Source: Patescibacteria group bacterium
GTDB taxonomy: Bacteria; Patescibacteriota; Minisyncoccia; Phycocordibacterales; PALSA-1337
Reading direction: 5' to 3'
Assembly (NCBI GenBank): GCA_024654575.1
Contig: JANLHG010000005.1
Location: 65,260-129,259, forward strand
Length of the DNA: 64,000 nucleotides
Shown here: one piece after another, positions 50,360 through 61,174 of the stretch
Position numbering within the stretch: position 1 is the stretch's first letter
Layout of the letters: every line of letters starts with the position of its first letter
Position numbers and translations under genes: made by a program
Notes under the pieces: model-generated
Database searches by the model: none
The model's input: the letters and a program-made list of their open reading frames with translations, nothing else
What the model was told of the DNA's origin: nothing

Positions 50360-51097
50360 CTATATTATAACATTAATATGAAAAAAGAATGTTATCAGCA
50401 TACCTAGGATAAGATATGGAGCAAAAGGTATTTCTGTCTTCATACCAATATGTTTACCAAAAATAGAAGAAATTCCTATCCACAAAAGTCCAGCTACTGC
50501 ACCAATCCAAAAACCCAAAATTATTGAAGAAACTCCTTCAGTAAACCCCATAAAAAAACCTATACCTATAGCCAATTTTGCATCACCAAAACCCATCCAT
50601 TTACCTTTTGATAAATACCATAATAAAAAGAATGGAGTGAAAAGAATTGGACCAGCTAATAAATCAAAAATGCTAGTATAATAAAAAAGTTTTAAAGCAC
50701 TTAAAGCGATAAAAGTGTAAACTAACCCATCTGGAATAATTTTATGTCGTAAATCATAAACAGTGATAATTATAAGAATAGAAAAAATAGTTAAATAATA
50801 TGGAAAAAATTCTATTGGGAAAAAAGCAACATATGATGCAAAAATAAAACCCGTAAAAAGTTCAACCAAAGGATACTGTAGAGAAATCTTCGCTTTACAT
50901 TGAGAACATCTACCTTGCAATAATAAAAAACTTAATATTGGGAAAAGTTCATACCACTCCAGTTTTTTACCACAAGAAAAACATCCTGACCGTCCAGTTA
51001 TGGATACACCAGTGTTATATCTCAAAATAACAACATTAAGAAAAGAACCGATTATGATACCAAAAATAAAAAAAGATGTGAGATAAAAAAAATCCAT
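50360..51097 (-). CDS. pilD: Prepilin peptidase (A24 family)
   Basis: N-terminal CxxC...CxxC zinc-binding (RSGCFSCGKKL...CSQCKAKI), DLRHKIIPDG and downstream Asp-containing TM; 8 TM. Confidence 0.8.
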   Translation of the reverse strand: MDFFYLTSFFIFGIIIGSFLNVVILRYNTGVSITGRSGCFSCGKKLEWYELFPILSFLLLQGRCSQCKAKISLQYPLVELFTGFIFASYVAFFPIEFFPYYLTIFSILIIITVYDLRHKIIPDGLVYTFIALSALKLFYYTSIFDLLAGPILFTPFFLLWYLSKGKWMGFGDAKLAIGIGFFMGFTEGVSSIILGFWIGAVAGLLWIGISSIFGKHIGMKTEIPFAPYLILGMLITFFFHINVII

Positions 51098-51098
51098 T

Positions 51099-51509
51099 TT
51101 ACGGCTTCACACGATGATTACCTGTTGCAGAAGTACCACACTGAGTAAGAATATTTGTATTATTTGTATTTTCAAGAGTGGCACTCATACAATAATCTTT
51201 CGTTCCATTTAGTACATATGAATAGACAACATGTGTAGAAGGGTCAGTGGGAATTGAAGAAATAAATATACCGAGATCTGTTCCCGTTCCACAACCTGTA
51301 GCTTCAGTAATATTGAGTGCATTAGGATATTGTTTACAAGCATCAAAATATGATTCAAGAGCAAGTTGAAGTTGAGCAACATCCGAAAGTCGTTTACCAT
51401 CTCTAGAATTTGCCCTAACACTATTTAAAGAAGTGAGTACAATAGCACTCAGAATACCAATGATGGCGATGACCACCAAAAGCTCAATAAGTGTAAAACC
51501 TTTTTTCAT
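51099..51509 (-). CDS. Type IV major-pilin-like protein, paralog A
   Basis: MKKGFTLIELLVVIAIIGILSAIVL + C-terminal Cys pair. Confidence 0.7.
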   Translation of the reverse strand: MKKGFTLIELLVVIAIIGILSAIVLTSLNSVRANSRDGKRLSDVAQLQLALESYFDACKQYPNALNITEATGCGTGTDLGIFISSIPTDPSTHVVYSYVLNGTKDYCMSATLENTNNTNILTQCGTSATGNHRVKP

Positions 51510-51524
51510 ACTACAAGTATATCA

Positions 51525-51992
51525 TTAGTTACATTGTGTTGCACCAACAGTAGTGTGAGCAGCGGTAGCAGAACCAGTAAGAGCTGTGTAAGGAGTACCG
51601 TCTACTGTAGTTCCACGTGAAGTATTTTTATCATCTACACACCACGCCGTATTTCCGGGAGTGCCTTGAAGTGTTGCTGCTACAGAATATTCATTTTGGG
51701 AATCACCACAATCTATTTCTGTTGCTGTAGGATAAGATGATGTTTGAAGAAGTGAATAAAGACCTGAGTTGTCATCTGACGCAACGGCACATAAACCTGC
51801 ATAAGTATCATCTCTATCTACATAAACACTTGTTGCTGAACGAAGATTAGCAAGCTGACTTTTTACTTTTGCATCATTACCCTTTTTCCTACCTTGATTC
51901 AAAGCTCCAAGCACAATAGAAGCCAATATGCCTATGATAGCGATAACAACAAGAAGCTCGATGAGTGTGAATCCTTTATTTTTATTAATCAT
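51525..51992 (-). CDS. Type IV major-pilin-like protein, paralog B
   Basis: NKGFTLIELLVVIAIIGILASIVL; C-terminal disulfide Cys (CGD...C...CN). Confidence 0.7.
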   Translation of the reverse strand: MINKNKGFTLIELLVVIAIIGILASIVLGALNQGRKKGNDAKVKSQLANLRSATSVYVDRDDTYAGLCAVASDDNSGLYSLLQTSSYPTATEIDCGDSQNEYSVAATLQGTPGNTAWCVDDKNTSRGTTVDGTPYTALTGSATAAHTTVGATQCN

Positions 51993-52021
51993 ATTGATGA
52001 TATTAAAACTATAATTAATTA

Positions 52022-53587
52022 TTATAACGCATATACTACAAAATTACCATCTTCAAATATCATTTTTGTATCATATTTCTTAAGAAGATTGGACTGTTTT
52101 GATTCTATAAAATAATCAACATTATATTTTGTTCCAATCGACATCAATTTTTCAGCAGATAAACGTGAATTAGCAAAATCGTCTAAACGGTCCGGAATAC
52201 GAATATATTGTCCAGCGAAAAAACTCCACATTACATAATTTTTGGTATAGAAAGGAATGATACTCGATAATTCATAAGGAGCTGAAATTATAGTGTCAGG
52301 AGATATATTATTTTTTATCCAATTAAGTACAGGCACATATCTTTGACTTTTTTCAGCATATGGCAACCAATGTACATATGATGAATACTGAACAAGTATT
52401 CCATTAGCAATCCCTAATAATATTAGTAAATATAAAATATATTGATATCTTGTATTATGACTATTACTTAAAAATATCCACGAAAAATAAACAATCGCAA
52501 CAACAAAAATAGGACTAAAAAAATACCATTCGTAATGAGAATACTGCATAATCGCACCAGTAATAATATGTTGATTTCTCATAATAAAACACGACAAGAC
52601 AAGTATCGTAACAAAGTATGTACTAACCTTATTTTTTTTAATCTTCAAAAGAGATAAGGCAAAAATAACTATAAAAAGTCCAAATAAAATAATACCGATT
52701 AATGTAAAATCAGGAGTATGTGTTTTAATCAAATATTCTGTTGGAATGGTTGAATAATATGGATGATGAAACACTTTATATATCTCAATAATTACTGGCA
52801 CACCAATAATTAATCCTAATATCGTTGATACAATAGATTTAAATATACTGGAATATTCTTTGTGTAATAAAAATAATCCAATCAGTACTCCTTGTACTAA
52901 AGTAATAAAAGTATAAGTAAAAAAATAAATATAAAATGAAAACCCATAAACTAAAGCAAGTGTAATGAACCATTTCCACGTCTTTTTCATCATTGTGGAA
53001 AGTAAAACGTGAAGATATACAAAAAATATTAATGAACTAAACTGAGGATTCACAGGACGAGAAAATTGTAAAAATGAGGTCTCGTTAGTTTTCCATTTAA
53101 AAATATTACCGAAATCAATAAAACTTATTAAATCAACATCGTTGATAAGATTGTATCCCAATACAATAAATACTGAACCAAAAACCGACCAAGCAACACT
53201 ACTTGTTAAACGAAAAATAAGAGAATAAATAAGTAAAGAAAGTACAAAAGGTAAAAAAAACTCATAAAATACTTTCAGTGCAGGCACCGAAATATTTAAA
53301 ATAACCCCAGGAATTGCAAGAATGGTCTCAGAAATAGATGGATCAAAAAATGGGTATTTATTACCATATTCCTTAATATAAGGATTACAACTAACTATAC
53401 ACCCCTTATAAACAGCATTGATACGAGATAAATACAACGATTCTGCATCAGAGTATACCATTGGTAAACCTTTGTATGAAGTAGAATTAACAAAAAATAG
53501 ATTCGGACCAACAACAATTAATCCTGAGAACAAAGCAAAAATCACTCCAACCCAATGTCTCCTAAATAGACTAAATAAACTCCACAT
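52022..53587 (-). CDS. Large polytopic membrane protein (>=12 TM) embedded in pilin cluster; possible pilin-modifying glycosyl/oligosaccharyl transferase (inference)
   Basis: 521 aa, highly hydrophobic with Trp/Tyr/Phe-rich helices and extracytoplasmic loops; position between pilin genes parallels TfpW/PglL-type pilin glycosylation genes; no motif confirmed. Confidence 0.3.
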   Translation of the reverse strand: MWSLFSLFRRHWVGVIFALFSGLIVVGPNLFFVNSTSYKGLPMVYSDAESLYLSRINAVYKGCIVSCNPYIKEYGNKYPFFDPSISETILAIPGVILNISVPALKVFYEFFLPFVLSLLIYSLIFRLTSSVAWSVFGSVFIVLGYNLINDVDLISFIDFGNIFKWKTNETSFLQFSRPVNPQFSSLIFFVYLHVLLSTMMKKTWKWFITLALVYGFSFYIYFFTYTFITLVQGVLIGLFLLHKEYSSIFKSIVSTILGLIIGVPVIIEIYKVFHHPYYSTIPTEYLIKTHTPDFTLIGIILFGLFIVIFALSLLKIKKNKVSTYFVTILVLSCFIMRNQHIITGAIMQYSHYEWYFFSPIFVVAIVYFSWIFLSNSHNTRYQYILYLLILLGIANGILVQYSSYVHWLPYAEKSQRYVPVLNWIKNNISPDTIISAPYELSSIIPFYTKNYVMWSFFAGQYIRIPDRLDDFANSRLSAEKLMSIGTKYNVDYFIESKQSNLLKKYDTKMIFEDGNFVVYAL

Positions 53588-53595
53588 TCAATAAA

Positions 53596-54045
53596 CTAGT
53601 TGGCTGGACAAACTGTAGCTCCTGCCACCATCGCGGTAGTAACTTTTTTAGATACTCCAGTACTATCCACACACCAATAAGCTGCAGTTCCTCCTAAAGT
53701 CGTTGGTAATTGAGCTTGTGCTGCCCAAACCAACGCACCACTACCAGCGGTATGGGTTGTAGTATTAGTATTAATACCAGTTAAAATTGCTTGAACATTT
53801 GCATCAGCAGAGGCCCATGTATTGTTTGTTGTAAATAAATTAGCGAAACTATTTGAATTATTACTTGCGTAAATCTCAGCTTGAGACCTTAAGCTTGAAA
53901 GTTCGCCTTGAACCGCTGCATCTCTTCCTTTATTTCTCGCAGTACTCAAAGAGGCAAGAACAATGGATGACAAAATACCAATAATAGCGATGACCACCAA
54001 CAGTTCAATAAGTGTAAAACCTGATTTTTTATTCTTTTTGTTCAT
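53596..54045 (-). CDS. Type IV major-pilin-like protein, paralog C
   Basis: KSGFTLIELLVVIAIIGILSSIVLASL; Ala/Thr-rich globular domain; C-terminal CxxxxxxxC. Confidence 0.7.
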   Translation of the reverse strand: MNKKNKKSGFTLIELLVVIAIIGILSSIVLASLSTARNKGRDAAVQGELSSLRSQAEIYASNNSNSFANLFTTNNTWASADANVQAILTGINTNTTTHTAGSGALVWAAQAQLPTTLGGTAAYWCVDSTGVSKKVTTAMVAGATVCPAN

Positions 54046-54114
54046 TTTAATAAATGATTAATAATTTAATAAAGTCATTATAACAAACATACAATAATAA
54101 ACACAAGTGGATAA

Positions 54115-55320
54115 TTATATCCCCGCGGATATATTGTAAATCGGTATAAGAACAGCAGCGAGTAGAAAACCAACACCCAATCCAAGCATAACTATCATCA
54201 CCGGTTCTATAAGGTCAACCAAAGTATCCACGGCATTATTGACTTCACGAGTGTAGAATTTAGCCAGTGTCTTCAAAATATTACCCAATTCTCCTGTTTC
54301 CTCACCAATTTTCATCATTTGAATCATAATACCTGGTATTTCATTATTTCTAGAAAGTGCTTCTGACACAGAACTTCCACCTTTCACTAGCTCAAGTGCA
54401 TTTTCCAGTATATTTTTATAAACTTGATTATCTATAACAGAAGATGTTAATTCAAGCACCCTAATCATTGGAATTCCAGAAAGAAGCATGGTATTCATAT
54501 TATCTGAAATGCGTGCCAAATAAAGTTTCTTATACAAAACACTAACAAACGGTATAGAAATTTTAAATCTATCAAGAGAAAGTCTACCAGCATCCGTTTG
54601 AATGAAACGCCAAAGAAAAAAACTTCCAATAACCACAATTGCTGCCAAAATAAGTCCGTAATTCACAAAAAAATCGCTAATACCAAGTATTACTTCCGTA
54701 TAAATAGGAATCGTCTGACCAGATTCTTTTAAAATTCCACTGATTTTAGGAATAACGAGAGTAAGCATCAAAACCATTACAGTAATAAAAGTAAAAACCA
54801 CGAATGCAGGATAAATAAGAGCATTTCTAGCCTTAGAAGATACCTCATAAGTTCTATCGAGATAATCGGCTAGATAAAGAAATGTCTCATCTAGTCGGCC
54901 AGATTCTTCACCTGATTTAACCATATTAATATAAAACTCAGAAAAAACTTTAGGGTGTTTTGCTAAAGCATTGGAAATAGAACTACCTCCTTGCAAATCA
55001 CTTGAGACTTCTTCAAGCGTTTTTCTTAAAAAGGCATTTTCTGTTTCAGCAGAAAGTAATCTAAAAACTCGCAAAGCAGAAACTTGAGCTTCAAACAGGG
55101 TTGCCATTTGTCTTGAAAGAATAACCACATCTTTGTTTGATACTCTATCAAAAAAAGAAAGATTTCTTTTAAAAATACCGCCCTCTTCATCACCTTTTAT
55201 AGAAGAAATAACAAAACCTCGTCGTTGAAGCGATGCGATAGCCACATCTAAATTTATAGCATCTATACTGCCTTGTTTTTCTCCGCCATCTTGGTCTATT
55301 GCTTTATAATTAAATAACAT
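54115..55320 (-). CDS. pilC: Type IV pilus assembly platform protein PilC (T2SS F-domain x2)
   Basis: 401 aa, two GspF repeats, 3 TM. Confidence 0.8.
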   Translation of the reverse strand: MLFNYKAIDQDGGEKQGSIDAINLDVAIASLQRRGFVISSIKGDEEGGIFKRNLSFFDRVSNKDVVILSRQMATLFEAQVSALRVFRLLSAETENAFLRKTLEEVSSDLQGGSSISNALAKHPKVFSEFYINMVKSGEESGRLDETFLYLADYLDRTYEVSSKARNALIYPAFVVFTFITVMVLMLTLVIPKISGILKESGQTIPIYTEVILGISDFFVNYGLILAAIVVIGSFFLWRFIQTDAGRLSLDRFKISIPFVSVLYKKLYLARISDNMNTMLLSGIPMIRVLELTSSVIDNQVYKNILENALELVKGGSSVSEALSRNNEIPGIMIQMMKIGEETGELGNILKTLAKFYTREVNNAVDTLVDLIEPVMIVMLGLGVGFLLAAVLIPIYNISAGI

Positions 55321-55324
55321 AATT

Positions 55325-56386
55325 TTATATCAATTTTTCCAATGTTTTTGGATTAAGCGAATTAAGATAGGCATTTTCAATAGTAATTTCTCCAGCTCTT
55401 ACTAAATCAGCTAATGAACGGTTCATATCTATCATTCCCTCTCCTGAACTTGTTTCTATCACATTACTAACCTCATAAATCCTTTTTTCTCTAATTAAAT
55501 TAGATACTGCATTATTATTTATCAAAAGCTCATAAGCAGGAACAAGACCACCAGATACTCTCGAAATAAGTCTTTGAGAAAAAATTCCCGAAAGTGAACC
55601 AGCAAGCTGTACTCTAATCTGGTCTTGTTGTTCTGGAGGAAAAGAATCAATGATACGATTAATGGTTTGAGCTGCATTGTTGGTATGAAGTGTTGAAAAA
55701 ACTAAATGTCCAGTTTCAGCAGCGGTAACTGCTGTAGCAATAGTATCTATGCCTCTCATTTCACCAATCATCACCACATCAATATCTTCTCTAAACATAC
55801 TTATTAAAGCAGTATGAAAATCTTTCGTATCAATTCTAACTTCTCGTTGGTCAATAATTGATTTTTTAGGTTCATATTGATATTCAATTGGGTCTTCAAT
55901 AGTGAGAATATGTTCCGGACGAGACATATTTATCATTTCTACCATAGAAGCTAGAGTAGTAGTTTTTCCCTGACCAACCGGACCAACTACTAGAAAAAAT
56001 CCTTGCTGTTTTCTGGTAAACATTTCAAGTGAGCTTGGAAGATTAAGCTCAGCTAACGTTTTTATTTTTCTTGGAATAAGACGAAGAGCAATACTGATAC
56101 CTCCCTGTTGAAAATAACCATTACCTCTAAATCTTGCTTTATCTCCATATGCGTAAGAAAAATCGATTTCTTTTGTAGCCAAAAAACGTTCTAAATTTTC
56201 AGAAGTCAAAAGTTCTTTTAAATATCCACGAACATCATCTTTAGAAACCGCTTGTTTTTTTATTAGTGGAGTTAGAAAACCAGATACACGAATTGAAGGT
56301 GAACGTCCCTCCGATATGTGTAAATCGGAAGCCCCTTCTTTTATAACCGTATTAATAAGATCTTCTAGTTCTTTTTTATAATCCAT
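55325..56386 (-). CDS. pilT: Twitching-motility retraction ATPase PilT
   Basis: 353 aa; Walker A GPVGQGKTTT, Asp box, Walker B, His box (STLHTN); lacks the N-terminal GSPII_E_N extension, so PilT-type. Confidence 0.8.
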   Translation of the reverse strand: MDYKKELEDLINTVIKEGASDLHISEGRSPSIRVSGFLTPLIKKQAVSKDDVRGYLKELLTSENLERFLATKEIDFSYAYGDKARFRGNGYFQQGGISIALRLIPRKIKTLAELNLPSSLEMFTRKQQGFFLVVGPVGQGKTTTLASMVEMINMSRPEHILTIEDPIEYQYEPKKSIIDQREVRIDTKDFHTALISMFREDIDVVMIGEMRGIDTIATAVTAAETGHLVFSTLHTNNAAQTINRIIDSFPPEQQDQIRVQLAGSLSGIFSQRLISRVSGGLVPAYELLINNNAVSNLIREKRIYEVSNVIETSSGEGMIDMNRSLADLVRAGEITIENAYLNSLNPKTLEKLI

Positions 56387-56765
56387 GTTTTTTTATAATA
56401 TTCATAACTTCAGAAACTACTTCCGAAGGAATGGTTGTGGCTTTGACAATATATCCATCAGCTCCGAGCGTTTTCGCTCTTTCAATATCAGCAGACTGAT
56501 TTTGATTTGTAAGCATTATTATTATTGATTTACTTGCTAATTTTTCTTTTCTTATTGTTTCTAAAAGTTGTAAACCATCCATATTAGGCATTACAATATC
56601 AATCATTAACACATTCGGAGTTGCTCCATCTCGAAGAAGTTTAAGAGCATGTAAAGAATTACCAATAGCTTCAACGTTTAATCCAATTTTAGAAAACTTG
56701 ATTGAATACATATTAAGAAGCATTTTGTCATCATCAATAATTAGTATTGAATATTTATTTTCCAT
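56376..56765 (-). CDS. Single-domain response regulator (CheY/PilH-like) inside pilus operon
   Basis: ILIIDDDKMLL..., LMIDIVMPNMDG, K in ...YIVKA; 129 aa, no output domain. Confidence 0.7.
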   Translation of the reverse strand: MENKYSILIIDDDKMLLNMYSIKFSKIGLNVEAIGNSLHALKLLRDGATPNVLMIDIVMPNMDGLQLLETIRKEKLASKSIIIMLTNQNQSADIERAKTLGADGYIVKATTIPSEVVSEVMNIIKKHGL

Positions 56766-56777
56766 AAGATTATTATA

Positions 56778-58505
56778 CTATAGTTTATTCACTTCTTCAA
56801 AAGGTATTTCTTTATTCAAAGCTTTCAAAATAGCATCCTCTTTTAGAGTAAACATTCCCTTATTACGTAATAAACGTGTGATTTCAACTTCTGTTGGTTT
56901 ATTTAAAATAATATTCTCTAATTCTTTATCCATTTTAAAAGCTTCAAACACTGCCGTCCTACCACTTGTACCACTAGGAAATTCTTTTGTTGGTGATATT
57001 CCGTAAACACTTTTTGCTTGAGGAATTTCTTTTCTATAAGATTCTGGTAGATCGGCAAATTGTTTTTCCAACATAACTTTAATACTACCTTCAACAGGAA
57101 ATTCTACCCCAGAACCTGGACTTAATAATTTCACCAATCTTTGAGCCATTGCTAATATTAAAGTCGGTGCTATTAAGAAAGGGTCAACTCCCATATCTAT
57201 TAAACGAGGAATAACACCAACTGCATTATTTGTGTGCAAAGTGGAAAAAACAAGGTGACCTGTAAGTGCAGCTTGGACAGCTAGTTGGGCTGTTTCTTTA
57301 TCTCTAATTTCACCAACCATAATAACATCAGGGTCTTGACGTAACGTGGTGCGAAGACCCGTAGCAAATGTATAGCCAATTTCTGGTTTAACTTGTGACT
57401 GACTAATACCTTCAATATTATATTCAATCGGGTCTTCAAGAGAAAGAATGTTATTAGTTTCTTTATCAAGTTCGTTAAGCATAGAATACAGTGTAGTAGT
57501 TTTTCCGCTTCCAGTCGGACCAGTTATAAGAATTAGTCCATAAGGTCTACTTAGCGCCTCTCTTATGAGTGACAGATTTTTAGGAGTAAGTCCCATCTGA
57601 TCAAGTTTTTTAACTCCTTTTTCTTGATCAAGAATACGCATTTCTACTTTTTCTCCAAAATACGCTGGAAATGTTGAAACACGAAAATCAATTTTTCTTC
57701 CATCTATTCGAGCTGAAAAACGTCCGTCTTGCGGTTTACGTTTTTCATCAAGTTTCATATTGGAAAGAATTTTAATACGAGTCACAACCGCACTATGAAC
57801 TTTCATCGGCAATATCAAACTCGTATTAAGCACACCGTCCACTCGAAAACGCACTCTTATTTTATCTCTCATTGCTTCAATGTGGACGTCTGAAGCATTT
57901 CCTTCTGTAGCATAACGCAATATGGTAGCCACAATTTTAGTTACTGGAGCATCTTCAATAATACGCATTCCTTTAAGAGAAGAAGTGGAAACATCATCAC
58001 CTTTGTCGCTAGTTGAAATATTAATTTCTTCTGCAGAAAGCTCACTTTCCAATTCGGACAAAGCTTTTGTCACTTCTCCAGAAAGACCTTTATATGTTTC
58101 AAGTACTTTTTCGTAATCTTCCTCGGATATGATAAATATTTTATAAGTCAGGTCTAATTTTGAAGTGATAAAATTAAGAGCATCACGAGCTTCAATATTA
58201 TCTGGATCTACAAATCCCATTTCAAGAACCTTATCTTTTAAACCTATAGGCACAAATTTATAATGATTTGCCGATTCTTCAGAAATATATTCAAGAATAC
58301 TAAAAGGAATACTTTGATCACCTATGACACGAGTCGGAATATTTAAATATTCTCCTTTTGCCGAAAGAATATCTTCCGAAGATACCCCCTGTTCAATCAA
58401 AGCTTTATCTAAAGATATACCAGAATCAGATGCCTGTTTTTTAATAGAAGGAATATCTCCCTCTTTTATAATTTTTTTTTGAGAAAGTATTTCCAGAATA
58501 CTCAT
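56778..58505 (-). CDS. pilB: Type IV pilus assembly ATPase PilB (GspE family)
   Basis: 575 aa; N-terminal GSPII_E_N domain; Walker A GPTGSGKTTTLYSML; tetracysteine replaced; His box. Confidence 0.85.
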   Translation of the reverse strand: MSILEILSQKKIIKEGDIPSIKKQASDSGISLDKALIEQGVSSEDILSAKGEYLNIPTRVIGDQSIPFSILEYISEESANHYKFVPIGLKDKVLEMGFVDPDNIEARDALNFITSKLDLTYKIFIISEEDYEKVLETYKGLSGEVTKALSELESELSAEEINISTSDKGDDVSTSSLKGMRIIEDAPVTKIVATILRYATEGNASDVHIEAMRDKIRVRFRVDGVLNTSLILPMKVHSAVVTRIKILSNMKLDEKRKPQDGRFSARIDGRKIDFRVSTFPAYFGEKVEMRILDQEKGVKKLDQMGLTPKNLSLIREALSRPYGLILITGPTGSGKTTTLYSMLNELDKETNNILSLEDPIEYNIEGISQSQVKPEIGYTFATGLRTTLRQDPDVIMVGEIRDKETAQLAVQAALTGHLVFSTLHTNNAVGVIPRLIDMGVDPFLIAPTLILAMAQRLVKLLSPGSGVEFPVEGSIKVMLEKQFADLPESYRKEIPQAKSVYGISPTKEFPSGTSGRTAVFEAFKMDKELENIILNKPTEVEITRLLRNKGMFTLKEDAILKALNKEIPFEEVNKL

Positions 58506-58804
58506 AGAGGAGAAAATGGATTATCTCTACCTACCGCCTGAGGTACTATTGTAACAGAGAAATCGTTTAGACTATTGAAGACAGAATCTTTAAGTAGAGA
58601 ATCATCTAAGGTTATAGCATTCAAACGATTAAGAGCCATAAGTAAATCTTTACCCACAATTTGATCATTTTGAGTCTCTTCCACTTGCAATAATATGTCA
58701 CTATTATTGCCACTTGAAGATACATAAAAATACCCTATTAATCCTAATATAAGAACCAAAATAACTACTGATAATATTGTTTTATTTTTTGAAATTTGTT
58801 GCAT
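58502..58804 (-). CDS. Small membrane-anchored pilus-operon protein (PilP-like position), unknown
   Basis: 100 aa, one N-terminal TM; located between pilO and pilB; no motif. Confidence 0.35.
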   Translation of the reverse strand: MQQISKNKTILSVVILVLILGLIGYFYVSSSGNNSDILLQVEETQNDQIVGKDLLMALNRLNAITLDDSLLKDSVFNSLNDFSVTIVPQAVGRDNPFSPL

Positions 58805-58805
58805 A

Positions 58806-59333
58806 TTATTGTAACCAATATGTTCTAATACTAATTGTATATTCGTACGGCTCTTTATCTCCTGCTTTAAATGAAATAGAGATCACATCAAGTAATCGTA
58901 AACTTCTCTCTAAGTCCCCAAGAATATTTAAAAAATTATCATATGAAGCATTTAAAGCAAAACTTAAAATCATAGTTTTATATCCTGAATCACTTCTTTC
59001 TGTATCAATACTTGGAGTACTCAATTTAACATTTTTTATACTTGAACCATATTTTGATGTAATACTATTTATATCAATAATTAATCTAACATTATCTATA
59101 TTATCTGGAAGTAGTTTTTCTAAACGATTTAAATCTTCAGGTCTAAAACTGTTATATTTATCAAGTAAACCATCTCTAACTTCCAAAAGCTGATTAGATT
59201 GTTCTATAGCTTTATTATACTCAGCATTTGTAGCTTGTAATTCTTTAACTTTTTGCCATTGTGGGTCAACATAAAAGAAGAACATACCAACAGCTAGAAG
59301 TATTAAAATAATTGGACTTAAAAATTTGTTCAT
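58806..59333 (-). CDS. pilO: Pilus assembly protein PilO-like
   Basis: 175 aa; N-terminal TM, coiled coil, ferredoxin-like C-domain; operon position pilM-pilN-pilO. Confidence 0.55.
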   Translation of the reverse strand: MNKFLSPIILILLAVGMFFFYVDPQWQKVKELQATNAEYNKAIEQSNQLLEVRDGLLDKYNSFRPEDLNRLEKLLPDNIDNVRLIIDINSITSKYGSSIKNVKLSTPSIDTERSDSGYKTMILSFALNASYDNFLNILGDLERSLRLLDVISISFKAGDKEPYEYTISIRTYWLQ

Positions 59334-59977
59334 TGTGGTGTTGATGACGAGACATTAACTTCTATAACTGTAGGATTTACTACTGGCTCAGAAATGCTAC
59401 TATTTTTATAAAGCACCAAACTTGGGTCAATCGACGCACTAAAATCAAAACTCACATTTCCATTTTGCCCGACCACCAAATTTGAAATTATTGGATTTTT
59501 AAATAATTTACTCTTTCCAAATGCATCTGATTGCAAAGCGATACTACTAAAACTTTCTCCTTCTCCTTTCATAGTTACATTAACCTTATCATTACTGATG
59601 AGTGTATATTCAAAATCTTGAAAACGTACTGTCTTCAAAGTCATAGATTCTAATACTCCAAAAAAAGGTGAAACTGCTATGTGACTTCCCAACAGAGTTT
59701 TTCCCGTTTTAAATCTCGTATCTAGATTCGTAAGTGTATCTATAAGCGATGGGTCAAAAGCCTGCCGAGCTTTCTCAAGTGTTTGTTCACTCTGCGTAAT
59801 ACTTCTGTTTAAAAATTGCGTAGCTATAAAAACATACAACACCCCAGCGATAACCACTAAAAAAATAATTGACCCGATAAGAAAGAAAAAATTTATACTC
59901 CTATGATGAGTTTCTGGTCTGCCAGTTGGCACGAGAGGTTTTTTAGGAATAAATGATGATTGGAATTTTGTATCCAT
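59330..59977 (-). CDS. pilN: Pilus assembly protein PilN-like
   Basis: 215 aa; short cytoplasmic N-tail, single TM, periplasmic domain; follows pilM. Confidence 0.55.
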   Translation of the reverse strand: MDTKFQSSFIPKKPLVPTGRPETHHRSINFFFLIGSIIFLVVIAGVLYVFIATQFLNRSITQSEQTLEKARQAFDPSLIDTLTNLDTRFKTGKTLLGSHIAVSPFFGVLESMTLKTVRFQDFEYTLISNDKVNVTMKGEGESFSSIALQSDAFGKSKLFKNPIISNLVVGQNGNVSFDFSASIDPSLVLYKNSSISEPVVNPTVIEVNVSSSTPQ

Positions 59978-60018
59978 TTACTCTATTATAGTACCAATTA
60001 GCAAATTTCGTCTGTGGA

Positions 60019-61137
60019 TTACTCCAACTCACTCAACTTCCTCAAGGCAATTCCGAGGGCGACAGCAAATTCTGGACCAGCATTATTTAAAACTTCATCT
60101 AAAAACGCTGGAGTTTGAACTTTACTAAATGGATCAGCCAATACAACTTCCGTTTGAAAACTTTTTCTAGCCATCTCATCAAAACCATTCAATAACACTC
60201 CTCCGCCAGTCAAAACAACTTTGCTAATATCTTTATTATTCTTCTTTTGATAATTAAGCAAAACACGATTAGCTTCATAAAAAATATAATCGAGAGTAAG
60301 GGTGATTGTTTCATTCAATTGTTTATCCTCAGGTTTTGCGGAAAGTCCAATTGTCCTTTTTAAATTTTCTGCATCATTTACTTCCTTACTTAAAGAACGA
60401 GAAATAGCTAAAGTAATATCTTGTGAACCACGATTAATTGTGTGAGAACTTTGTAAAACACCTCGTTCTACTATGTATAATTTCGTTGTTCCTGCTCCCA
60501 TATCAAGTACCATAACTGATTCAATTCCTTGCTCAAGCGAAGAACGAATAGTGCTAAATATTTCAATTTCAAAAAAAGATGAATCCAAAGAAGCTTTAGC
60601 TGTAATATCTCGATACTTTGCGATTGCTTCATTGTGAATAGCGACTACCATAACATCAACATCTTTTTTTTCTGAACTAGAACTTTGCTCCATTCCCGTT
60701 TCAACAGGTACCGATTTGTCCTCTTTTGGAATTATCCACCAATCAAGCAAAACTTCACTAATAGGCACTGGAATATATTTTCTAGCTTCTATAGGAATCA
60801 TTTGTACAAGTTGTTTATTATCCAATGCTGGCATTTTTATAAACGTCACCAAACTAGAAGAAAGGGGAACAGCGATACCACATTTTTTTGTCGTCACGTG
60901 AGATTCTTTTACTAAATCAATAAGTCCTTCAATTATTTTTTCTGTTGGTAAATTAGTTGCTCTACCTATTTCCACTCCTCCATAAGGTCCTAAAGATAAT
61001 TCTCCATACGTTTCAAGTACAGCTCTTCCTTTTTTCTTCTTAATTTGAACAACTTTTATTGAAGACGAGCCGATATCTATACCAAGCACACTAGTATCGC
61101 TTCTTTTAAAAATTTTAAATATGTCTGAAAAAGGCAT
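60019..61137 (-). CDS. pilM: Type IV pilus assembly protein PilM (actin-like ATPase fold)
   Basis: LGIDIGSSSIKVVQ (phosphate-1), ..VLDMGAGTTKL.. (phosphate-2), GGG adenosine motif region; 372 aa. Confidence 0.75.
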   Translation of the reverse strand: MPFSDIFKIFKRSDTSVLGIDIGSSSIKVVQIKKKKGRAVLETYGELSLGPYGGVEIGRATNLPTEKIIEGLIDLVKESHVTTKKCGIAVPLSSSLVTFIKMPALDNKQLVQMIPIEARKYIPVPISEVLLDWWIIPKEDKSVPVETGMEQSSSSEKKDVDVMVVAIHNEAIAKYRDITAKASLDSSFFEIEIFSTIRSSLEQGIESVMVLDMGAGTTKLYIVERGVLQSSHTINRGSQDITLAISRSLSKEVNDAENLKRTIGLSAKPEDKQLNETITLTLDYIFYEANRVLLNYQKKNNKDISKVVLTGGGVLLNGFDEMARKSFQTEVVLADPFSKVQTPAFLDEVLNNAGPEFAVALGIALRKLSELE

Positions 61138-61174
61138 AATAATTATGGAACTAGTATAACATAATTAAGATGTT